Assembly: GCA_963813535.1 (NCBI GenBank)
Contig: CAWEZH010000002.1
Coordinates: forward strand, 1,856,001-1,920,000
Direction of reading: 5' to 3'
Source of the DNA: an uncultured Chloroflexia bacterium
GTDB lineage: Bacteria; Chloroflexota; Limnocylindria; Limnocylindrales; CSP1-4
DNA length: 64,000 bases
The notes below the pieces were generated by a model. That model did not search any database. It saw nothing but the letters and a program-made list of their open reading frames with translations, and was not told where the DNA came from. The position numbers were made by a program, and so were the translations under genes. Positions 50,656-59,600 of the stretch are shown here, piece after piece. Each line of letters opens with the position of its first letter. Positions within the stretch are counted from its first letter, which is position 1.

Positions 50656-51344
50656 GCCCGCCTCGGTGGCAGCGACGGGACGATCGCGGTGAGGGCCAGG
50701 ACGATCCAGGCGCCCCCGGCGATGGCCCACGCGAGCGGGGTCGGCACGAGCATGGCGGCCCCCGCGACGAGCACGATCTCCCCGATCGGATGATCCCGGG
50801 CGTTCCAGCGGACGAGGCCCACCGCGACGGTCGCGATCGCGGCGAGGGACTGGCACGCCCCGGTGATCGCGCCGTACGGGCCGCCGATGGCGGCGACCAG
50901 CAGCGCGGCGACCCACAGGCCATACGCAGCGAGGGTCAGCAACAGGGCGAGGTCCGCACCGCGAGGCGGCTCGAGCCCCGACCGCCGATCCACGGCGATC
51001 ACGACGACGGCCGTCGCGACCGCACCGACGACGCCGACGGGGACGGTCTCGAGCAGGAAGCCCGGCCAGTCCGGCGCCGTGGGCTGCAGCGCACTCGCCA
51101 ACCCACAGACGATCCACGCGGCGCCACCGACGATCGCGGCGACCCATGGCAGTGGCGGTGGTGTCCGGGGATGCAGCCGGGCGTCGAGCGCTCCACGCAC
51201 GAGATCGAGCCGCATCCGGCGATCGAGCGGCCGTGCCTCGAGGATGGCGCGCATCTCCGGTTCGTACCGGTCGCGCCAGTCACGCGGATACAGCCGCAAC
51301 CAGCCGGCGCCGTTGATGCCCGTTGCTCGATCCCTCAGACGCAT
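50652..51344 (-). CDS. Membrane protein of the PadR-associated type
   Basis: LRLYPRDWRDRYEPEM N-terminal motif followed by 5-6 TM helices. Confidence 0.8.
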   Translation of the reverse strand: MRLRDRATGINGAGWLRLYPRDWRDRYEPEMRAILEARPLDRRMRLDLVRGALDARLHPRTPPPLPWVAAIVGGAAWIVCGLASALQPTAPDWPGFLLETVPVGVVGAVATAVVVIAVDRRSGLEPPRGADLALLLTLAAYGLWVAALLVAAIGGPYGAITGACQSLAAIATVAVGLVRWNARDHPIGEIVLVAGAAMLVPTPLAWAIAGGAWIVLALTAIVPSLPPRRA

Positions 51345-51994
51345 CCGTTCTCGACCAGCGGCGGGATCACCCCCGGCTGGCCGAGCGCTACGGGCAACGG
51401 CCCGAGGGTGACGGTGCTTGTGTCGACGAACAGTACTCCGCGCTCATCGACGCGCACGGCGAACCGATCCATGCCCCGCTCGGCCGGGCCGTAGCGCAAG
51501 CCGTCGACCTTGATGCCGAGGCGGTCATACCGCGATTGGTGGCACGGGCAGCGCATCCAGAAGTCCTCGAGGCAGGGGTTCGGGCGGCACCCGAGATGCG
51601 GGCAGATCTGCGACAGGGCGCGCACGTTGAGCGCTCGACCGTCACCCGTCGGGTCGTCGCCGGGCGACCAGCCGCCGCGGCTGGGATCGACGATGACGAT
51701 GAATCCCTTGGCATCGGCGACGTACGCGGGGAAGCCTTCCCCGAACGGCAGGGCCGCGTTCGCGGCGAGCAGCTCTGGGTATGTCCCGATCCGAACGACA
51801 CCGGTGGCGTTCCGGCCCGCCGACCAGGCGAAGCCGACGGTGCCCGCGAGGGCCTCGATGGCCAACAGCCCCACCGCCGTCCCGAGGGCACGCCGCAACA
51901 GGGTCCGCCGCGACAGCCCGGACGGGACCGCGTCTCGCCTGGCCCGGATGGCCGGGCCGGCGATGGTGGTGCTCGGCACCGGCTCGTGACTCAC
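51335..51994 (-). CDS. Rieske [2Fe-2S] protein (QcrA/PetC-type) with a Tat/TM anchor
   Basis: SRRTLL, TM helix, CPHLGC and CPCHQSRY, GPA. Confidence 0.92.
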   Translation of the reverse strand: MSHEPVPSTTIAGPAIRARRDAVPSGLSRRTLLRRALGTAVGLLAIEALAGTVGFAWSAGRNATGVVRIGTYPELLAANAALPFGEGFPAYVADAKGFIVIVDPSRGGWSPGDDPTGDGRALNVRALSQICPHLGCRPNPCLEDFWMRCPCHQSRYDRLGIKVDGLRYGPAERGMDRFAVRVDERGVLFVDTSTVTLGPLPVALGQPGVIPPLVENGCV

Positions 51995-52314
51995 GGCTCC
52001 GTGCGCCCCAGACGTCGCAGGGCGGTCCGGGTGAAGCCGCGCATGCTCTCGAGCTGCGCGCGGAGGGTCGTCGCCCCGAGCGTCGTGAGGCGATACGGCC
52101 GACGGCGGTCCACCGGTTCCAGCGCTTCGATGAGGCCGCGCCCCTCGAGCCGCGCGAGCGCGGCGTACAGCGTGCCGGGGCCGAGCGGCGACCCCGAGAT
52201 GTCCTCGACATCGGTCATGATCGCGTAGCCGTGCTTGGGCCCCTCGCTGAGCGACAGCAGGATGTACAACGATGGCTCGGCAAATCGCCCGAACTCCGGG
52301 ATCCCATCCGTCAC
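51991..52314 (-). CDS. PadR-family transcriptional regulator
   Basis: ILLSLSEGPKHGYAI..GPGTLYAAL.RLE..GLI..RRPYRLT. Confidence 0.94.
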   Translation of the reverse strand: MTDGIPEFGRFAEPSLYILLSLSEGPKHGYAIMTDVEDISGSPLGPGTLYAALARLEGRGLIEALEPVDRRRPYRLTTLGATTLRAQLESMRGFTRTALRRLGRTEP

Positions 52315-52324
52315 CCTGCACCTC

Positions 52325-52381
52325 TGTATCGCGGTACGCTATATCGTGATACGATATACGCCCGAAGATGACGCGTGTCAA
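52325..52381 (-). promoter_or_regulatory. padR promoter with tandem palindromic operators
   Basis: TTGACA 52381-52376 (-); perfect TATATCGT-N3-ACGATATA (52340-52358) and imperfect TGTATCGC-N3-ACGCTATA (52325-52343). Confidence 0.75.
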
Positions 52382-52425
52382 GCGCCGTCACGGCGCGAGA
52401 GTCGTCACCGGTACAATCCGGCGCG

Positions 52426-53205
52426 ATGACCGATACCCGTCTCTGGGATCGCGCCGCGGTCGCCGTCGTCGCCGAGGGCAGACGGTTCCCGGCCGTCACG
52501 TCCCTGCAGCCCGGTCTGCCGACGGTCGAAGAGCTGTTCGACTTCATGCGTGACGCCGAGTTGCGCTTCGCCACGCTGCGGATGCGGATCGTCGAGCGCG
52601 CGGTCACGGCGCGCGGCGAGGACGCCACCCAGGTCGACGTGATGCTCCGCCACCCGGGTCAGGCGAAGGTCACGACGAGCCGGCCCGGCGAAGAGGTGGG
52701 CGGACCGTACGAGATCTGGATCACCGACGGCGAGATCGTCCGGACCTATGTCGCGGCCCACAAGCTCGGCACGCAACGACCGATCCGGAACCGACCGCGC
52801 GGGCTCGAGGACCCCGATTTTCCCGGCATGTCCCGCATCTACGACCCGGTGACGCCGCTCCCGATGGAGACGCTGCCCGACACGTTCGTGCACCCGGCGG
52901 GCTTCTGTCAGAACGTGCTGTCGACCGGCCGCTGCAGGATCACCGGGAGTGCCACGGTCGCCGGCCGAGCGACGATCCACCTCCGCTGCGACCACCCGCG
53001 GACCATCGAACTTCCTGCCGACCGTCCCGATCACGCGATCGAGATCGCCGTCGACCGCGACACCGGTGTCATCGTCCGGCTGATCCAGACCATCGGTGAC
53101 GCCGTCACGCGCGACGCCGTGGTCAGCGTCCTGGAGCCGGACGCCAAGCTCCCGCCGACAGCCTTCGAGTTCGTCTTCCCGACCGGTACGACGATGCTGT
53201 TCTAG
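52426..53205 (+). CDS. Hypothetical protein, LolA/RseB-like fold
   Basis: RHPGQAKV, WITDG, VAGRAT, IAVDRDTGVIVRL, FEFVFP; TACAAT 8 nt upstream of the ATG. Confidence 0.65.
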   Translation: MTDTRLWDRAAVAVVAEGRRFPAVTSLQPGLPTVEELFDFMRDAELRFATLRMRIVERAVTARGEDATQVDVMLRHPGQAKVTTSRPGEEVGGPYEIWITDGEIVRTYVAAHKLGTQRPIRNRPRGLEDPDFPGMSRIYDPVTPLPMETLPDTFVHPAGFCQNVLSTGRCRITGSATVAGRATIHLRCDHPRTIELPADRPDHAIEIAVDRDTGVIVRLIQTIGDAVTRDAVVSVLEPDAKLPPTAFEFVFPTGTTMLF

Positions 53206-53266
53206 GGCCCTCGACGGGGCCGGTCCCCGCAGGTGGGACCCTCTTCCTCACGCCCGGACCGGCGCG

Positions 53267-53443
53267 TATAGTCGGCGCAGCCGTACCAACCCCAGCGTCA
53301 TCCAGGCATCCGCGCAAGGCGCACCGCAGCGACAGCACCTGCGGTAGCAGCCGACGCAGGATCGGGCCGTGGTAGGGACCCGATCGGCAGGGCGACCTCC
53401 GCCACCCCAGGACGGAGGCTCCGCTCACGTGAGGGAGGTATCG
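53267..53443 (+). promoter_or_regulatory. Promoter and structured 5' leader of the permease gene
   Basis: TATAGT 53267-53272; three 6-7 bp stems; anti-SD ACCTCC 53395-53400. Confidence 0.5.
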
Positions 53444-55099
53444 ATGACCCAGCCGCGTTCGCACGACGATGTCGTCCAGCAGGACATCGCCGACCTGCAC
53501 CAGCTTGGTTACGCGCAGGAGCTGCTCCGCTCGATGGGCGGGTTCAGCAACTTCGCGATCAGCTTCAGCATCATCAGCATCCTGACCGGCGCGGTCATCC
53601 TGTACGACTACGGTCTGGCCTGGGCCGGCACCGCGGCCGTGATGATCGGCTGGCCGCTCGTGACGGTCTTCGTGGTTGCCATCGCCGCCTCGATGGCGGA
53701 GGTCGCGTCGGCCTACCCGACCGCCGGCGGGCTGTACTACTGGGCCAGCCGGATGAAGAACAAGAACTGGGGCTGGTGGACGGCGTGGCTGAACCTCATC
53801 GGCCAGTTCGCGATCGTGGCCGGCATCAACTACGCGGCCGCCGGTTTCCTGAACGCGACGCTCATCACGCCGCTCCTGAGCAACGTCGGCGTCGACTTCC
53901 AGAACACGAGCACGTTCTTCGGTGTCCTCAATGGCCAGCTGGTGACGATGGGCATCCTGATGCTCGTCGAGCTCGCCATGAACATCGCCGGCATCAACCT
54001 CGTGGCGATCCTCAACCAGGTCAGTGTCTGGTGGCACATCGTGATCGTGGCCGCCGTCGTCTTGCTCGTTTTCCTGGCCGGCAAGCCCGATGAGTCCGGC
54101 CTGACGCTCTTCGCGGTGCAACCGCTCGATACGGCCGGGTCGTGGGATAACAACCTCGGCTTCCTGCACCTGACGTACGGACCGGCGATCACCTACCCGC
54201 TCATCCTTGCGTTCTTCTTCTCGCTGCTCCAGGCGAACTGGACGTACACGGGCTATGACGCCTCGGCGCATGTGGCGGAGGAGACGGTCGGCGCTCGCGT
54301 GGCGAGCGCGTGGGGCATCTTCCTGTCGGTCGCGGTGTCGGCAGTCGTCGGCTTCATCTTCCTGCTCGCGCTGACGACCCACCTGCCCGATCTGTCGACG
54401 CTGTTCCCGCCGTCCCTGGACAATTCCGCGACCTACAGCCAGTACTACTTCGGCGGTGGCGTCGCGGTCATCGACATCCTGCGCTACAACCTCGGGAGCA
54501 TCGGCGACCTGTTGAGCGCGGGCATCGCGATCGCGATGGCGTTCTGCGGCCTGTCATCGGTGGCTTCGGCCGGCCGGATGCTCTACGCCTTCAGCCGCGA
54601 CGACGGCCTGCCGGGCTCGGGCTGGCTCAAGAAGGTCTCGCACCGCTATCGCACGCCGGCGAACTCGCTGACCGCGATCGTGGTGATCTCCTGGTTGTTC
54701 AGCGTCGCGGCGTTCATCGTCGGGACCGGCACCGCCATCGTGATCATCACGGCCATCAGCACGATCTTCCTGTACGCCGCGTACGGCGTCGTCATCTACC
54801 TGGGTGCCACGACGACCGACTGGCTGCAGGAACGCGTGTGGAGCCTCGGCCGGTTCTCGAAGCCGATCGCCTGGATCGCGGTCGCCTGGATCGTCGTGCT
54901 CATGGTCCTCTTCTCGTGGCCGACCTCGGGCAACATCTCGTGGCCGTTCATGGTCGGGACCGTGGTGCTCCTGGTCATCTACTACTTCGGCTGGGCGCGG
55001 ACGCGCTTCAAGGGCCCGCGATCGATGGGTGACAGCGCCGCGCTGACTGAGATCGAGCGCGAGTTCGACAAGGCCGCCGAGGAGTTGCAGCCCGCCTGA
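53444..55099 (+). CDS. APC-family amino acid/amine permease (GABA/choline/polyamine-permease type)
   Basis: LGYAQELLR..FSNFAISFSIIS, SAYPTAGGLYYW, GYDASAHVAEET, RMLYAFSRD; about 12 TM; GGAGGT SD. Confidence 0.93.
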   Translation: MTQPRSHDDVVQQDIADLHQLGYAQELLRSMGGFSNFAISFSIISILTGAVILYDYGLAWAGTAAVMIGWPLVTVFVVAIAASMAEVASAYPTAGGLYYWASRMKNKNWGWWTAWLNLIGQFAIVAGINYAAAGFLNATLITPLLSNVGVDFQNTSTFFGVLNGQLVTMGILMLVELAMNIAGINLVAILNQVSVWWHIVIVAAVVLLVFLAGKPDESGLTLFAVQPLDTAGSWDNNLGFLHLTYGPAITYPLILAFFFSLLQANWTYTGYDASAHVAEETVGARVASAWGIFLSVAVSAVVGFIFLLALTTHLPDLSTLFPPSLDNSATYSQYYFGGGVAVIDILRYNLGSIGDLLSAGIAIAMAFCGLSSVASAGRMLYAFSRDDGLPGSGWLKKVSHRYRTPANSLTAIVVISWLFSVAAFIVGTGTAIVIITAISTIFLYAAYGVVIYLGATTTDWLQERVWSLGRFSKPIAWIAVAWIVVLMVLFSWPTSGNISWPFMVGTVVLLVIYYFGWARTRFKGPRSMGDSAALTEIEREFDKAAEELQPA

Positions 55100-55128
55100 G
55101 ACGTCATCACCGTCGGATCGAGACGTAG

Positions 55129-55158
55129 GGCCGGCCCGGCACCGCCGGGCCGGCCTTT
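55129..55158 (+). terminator. Strong hairpin between the permease and the GS-like gene
   Basis: GGCCGGCCCGGC-ACC-GCCGGGCCGGCC-TTT. Confidence 0.6.
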
Positions 55159-55192
55159 CGACCCGTCACTTGCACGCGGAGGAGGACCGACC

Positions 55193-56605
55193 ATGAGCGA
55201 CGGCGCAGGCGAGCACGGCCACGCGACGAAGCACCCGCGCCTCGCCGAGCTCGAGGGCATGGTCCGCGACGGCAGCATCGACACCATCGTCGTGGCCTTC
55301 ACCGACATGCAGGGGCGGCTCATGGGCAAGCGCGTCCATGGCCAGGCGTTCCTCGACGGCGTGATCGCCCACGGCGCCCACTTCTGCACGTACCTGCTCG
55401 GCACGGACATGGAGATGAACACGCCGGAAGGGTTCCGGCTCATGAACTGGGAGACCGGCTACGGTGACTGGATCGCCGAGCCGATCTGGGACCAGTTGCG
55501 CGTGCTGCCCTGGCTACCCGGCACGGCGCTCGTGCTGAGCGACACGATCGACGAGGAGACGGGCCGCGAGATCCCGGTCTCACCGCGGACGATCCTCAAG
55601 CGCCAGGTGGCCGCCGCGACCGACGCCGGTTTCGCGATCAAGGCCGGGTCGGAGTTCGAGTTCTACGTCCTGAAGGACTCCTGGGAGTCACTCGCCGAGC
55701 AGGGCTGGCCGACACCGAAGCCCTTCGGCTACTACAACGAGGACTACCACCTTCTGCAGGCCACCAAGGCCGAGCCACTGCATCACCTGTTGCGCACGCA
55801 GATGAGCGCGGCCAACGTGCCGATCGAGTTCAGCAAGGGTGAGGCCGCCAACGGCCAGCACGAGGTGAACATCCGCTACGACCACGTCCTCGAGTCGGCC
55901 GACCGGAGCGTCGTGTTCAAGCACGGCGCGAAGGAGATCGCCTACCTCAACGGCTGGGGGATCACGTTCATGGCCAAGCCCGACCACCGGTGGACGGGCT
56001 CGTCCGGGCATCTCCACATGAGCGTCTGGGACCTGGCGAAGGACGTGCCGGTGATGCATGCGACGGGCCGCGAGAAGGGCGGGGCGTACGGGCTGTCGAA
56101 GGTCGGTCAGCAATTCATGGCCGGGATGATGGCGTTGTCCCGGGAGCTGGCGGTGTTCGTCGCGCCGTTCATCAACTCGTACAAGCGCTACGCGTCGTTG
56201 TCATGGGCACCGGTCAACGTGGTCTGGGGACGCGACAACCGGACGACCGGCTTCCGACTGGTCGGCCACGGGCCGTCGCTGCACGTCGAGAACCGCTTCC
56301 CAGGTGGGGACATGAACGCGTACCTGACCTACGCGGCGATGGTCGGCGCGGGACTGTACGGGATCCGCCACGGGCTCAAGCTCGAGGATGAGTTCAAGGG
56401 CAACGGCTATCTTGCGACGGGGCACCCGCGCATGCCGCGCGCCCTGTACGAGGCGATCTGGGAGCTGGAGCGGTCGCAGGCGGCGGTCGAGATCTTCGGG
56501 CAGGACGTCATCGATCACTATCTCAATGCGGCGCGCGTGGAGCAGGAGACGTACGATTCGATCGTCCACCCCTGGGACCGCGAGCGCTACCTCGAACGAG
56601 GCTGA
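55193..56605 (+). CDS. Glutamine synthetase-like gamma-glutamylamide ligase (GlnA4/PuuA-like)
   Basis: AFTDMQGRLMGKR, WETGYGD, EFEF, GQHE, TFMAKP, HLHMS, NSYKR, DNRT, ENR. Confidence 0.92.
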   Translation: MSDGAGEHGHATKHPRLAELEGMVRDGSIDTIVVAFTDMQGRLMGKRVHGQAFLDGVIAHGAHFCTYLLGTDMEMNTPEGFRLMNWETGYGDWIAEPIWDQLRVLPWLPGTALVLSDTIDEETGREIPVSPRTILKRQVAAATDAGFAIKAGSEFEFYVLKDSWESLAEQGWPTPKPFGYYNEDYHLLQATKAEPLHHLLRTQMSAANVPIEFSKGEAANGQHEVNIRYDHVLESADRSVVFKHGAKEIAYLNGWGITFMAKPDHRWTGSSGHLHMSVWDLAKDVPVMHATGREKGGAYGLSKVGQQFMAGMMALSRELAVFVAPFINSYKRYASLSWAPVNVVWGRDNRTTGFRLVGHGPSLHVENRFPGGDMNAYLTYAAMVGAGLYGIRHGLKLEDEFKGNGYLATGHPRMPRALYEAIWELERSQAAVEIFGQDVIDHYLNAARVEQETYDSIVHPWDRERYLERG

Positions 56606-56617
56606 CGAAGGAGGCCG

Positions 56618-59600
56618 GTGACACAGCTCGATCCGGCCACGCAGCCCCAGGTCGCCGCCGCATCGAAGATCCAGTCGGCGCTCTATCGGATCGCCGAGGC
56701 GGCCAGCTCGGCTGAGGACCTCCACGCCTTCTTCGCCCGGATCCACGAGATCGTGGCCGAGCTCATGTTCGCGCGGAGCTTCTACGTCGCGCTGTATGAC
56801 GACCAACGCGAGCGGATCAACTTCCCCTACTACGTCGACGAGGTCGATGTGGATATCCCCGATCCGCGGGCGTGGGAGCCGTTCGGTGTCGGCAACGCGC
56901 GGGGGTTGACGGGTTACGTCATCCGGTCTCGACGGCCGGAGCTCTTCACCCGCGCTCGCTGGCAGGCCCTCGTCGAGACCGGTGAGATCGGGGCCGTCGG
57001 CGAGGAGGGCGAGGACTGGCTCGGCGTCCCGCTCCTGGCCGACGACCGCGTCATCGGGCTGGTCGTCGTCCAGACGTATGCCGCCGACGAGCACTACAGC
57101 GAACAGGACGTGGAGGTCCTCTCGTTCGTCGGCCAGCACATCGCATCGGCGCTCACCCGCGCCCGCGCGATCGAGGAGACGCGGGAGCGCAACGCCGAGC
57201 TGTCGGTGATCAACGAGATCGGCGAGGCGCTCGCGCGCCAGCTCGACTTCGGCGCCATCACTGAGCTGGTCGGCGAGCGCGTGCGCACGATCTTCGAAGC
57301 ATCCAGCATGTTCATCGCGTTCTATGACCCGGCGACGGACCTGCAGTCGTACCCCTACACGATCGACGACGGCCAGCGCTTCGACCGGCCCGATGTCCCG
57401 ATGGGGCAGGGCCTGACCTCGCGGATCATCACGACGGGCCGCCCCGTCCGCGTCGGCTCTGACGCCGAGGCGGTCCGGCTGGGTGCCGTCCAACTGGGCG
57501 GGTCGCCGACCGAATCGTTCCTCGGCGTGCCCATCGTCGCCGGCGACCGGGTGATCGGCGTCATCGCCATGGAGCGCCTGGAGCTCGACGCCTACACCGA
57601 GGCCGATGAGCGGCTCCTGTCCACGCTCGCGTCGAGCATGGGCGTGGCTCTCGAAAACGCCCGCCTCTTCGGGGAGACCAAACGCCTCCTTGCCGAATCC
57701 GACCAACGGGCGGCGGAGCTGGCCGTCGTCAACGAGATCGGCACGGCGCTCGCCAAACAGCTCGACTTCGACGAGATCTGCGAGCTTGTCGGTGAGCGCG
57801 TCCGGGCGATCTTTCGGGCCCCGTCCGTCGCGATCGGGCTACTCGACGAGTCGAAGCGAACGATCTCATTCCCCTACGAGCTCGATGACGGCGAGCGCAT
57901 CCATTCCGATCCCCTGGAGCTCGGTATCGGACTGACGTCGATCGTCATCTCGAGCCGCCAGCCCCTGCGCGCCGGCACGACGGAAGAGCTGCAGGCACTC
58001 GGAGCGTTGGTGATAGGCGTGACCGTCAGCGCGTCATGGCTCGGGGTCCCGATCCTGAGTGGTGAGCGGGTGATCGGGCTCATCAATCTCGAAAGCACGG
58101 AACCGAACGTCTTCTCCGCATCCGACGAGCGCCTGCTCGTGACGATCGCGGCCAGCATGGGAGTGGCCCTCGAGAACGCCCGCCTGTTCGACGAGACCAA
58201 GCGACTGCTCACGGAGACCGACGAACGAGCCGCGGAGCTGGCGATCATCAACTCGGTCCAGCAGGGTCTCGCCGCACAACTCGACCTGCAGGCCATGTAC
58301 GACCTCGTCGGCGACAAGATCCAGGAAACGTTCGATGCGCAGGTCGTCGACATCGCGATCCCGGAGCACGGGTCGGACGTTGTCCATTTCGTGTACACGA
58401 TCGAGCGGGGCGTGCGGTATCCCGACGATCCGCGTCCGATCGCCAACAGCGTCCGCGGGCTGGCCATGGAGACCCGACGCCCCGTGAAGGTCGACCGCGA
58501 TCTCAGGGGATTCGCCGCGGACCACGGGTTCGACTGGTACATCCAGGACGGGACCGAGGAACCGAAGTCGGCCGTGTGGGTGCCGCTCGTCGCCGGCGAT
58601 GAGCCGCGAGGCGTGATCTCGCTCCAGAATCTCGATCGTGAGGCGGCGTTCACCGACGCCGACGTCGAGCTGCTGATGACGATCGCAGCCAGCCTTAGCG
58701 TGGCCCTCGAGAACGCCCGCCTGTTCGACGAGACCAAGCGGCTGCTGACCGAGACCGACGAGCGCGCTGCGGAGCTGGCGATCATCAACGAGGTCCAACG
58801 CGGCCTGGCCGAACAGCTCGACATGCAGGCCATGTACGAGGTCGTCGGGGAGAAGATCCAGGAGATCTTCGACGCCCAGGTCGCCGACATCGGGATCTAC
58901 GACCACGCGGCTGAGGTCACCCACTATCCCTACGCGATCGAGCGCGGCGAGCGGTACCCCGACGAGGCGGTGCCGTTCAATGAGATCACCCGGGGCTTCA
59001 TCGCCGGTCGTCGGACCGTCGTCCACGACGACATCCCCGCGTACGAACGGGAACACGGCGCGATGCCGGTCATCCAGGGCGAGCCAGCCCTGTCGATGGT
59101 CCGCGTCCCGCTGATGATCGGCGACGAGGTCCGCGGCAGCATCTCGCTGCAGAACCTCGATCGGACGCACGCGTTCTCGGACGGGGATGTGCGGCTCCTG
59201 ACGACCCTCGCGGCCAGCCTCAGCGTCGCGCTCGAGAACGCGCGGCTGATCGACGAGACGCGCCAGCGTGTCGCGGAGCTCGACACGATCAACCGGGTCA
59301 GCCAGGCGATCTCGTCGCAGCTCGACCTCACGACGCTGCTCGAGCTGGTCGGCGAGCAGATGCGCCAGACCTTCTCGGCCGACATCGCATTCGTGGCCCT
59401 CAAGGACGAGGCCGAGGACGTCATCCGGTTCCCGTATCACATCGAGCACGGCCTCCGCGAACCGCAGGATCCGATGCCGATGGGCAGCGGTCTGACGTCG
59501 CGCATCCTGACGACGCGAGAGCCGCTCTTGCTCAACCGGGCGTCGCAGTTCGACCGGCTCGCGATGCCGTCCATCGGGACACCGGCGCTGTCCTGGGTCG

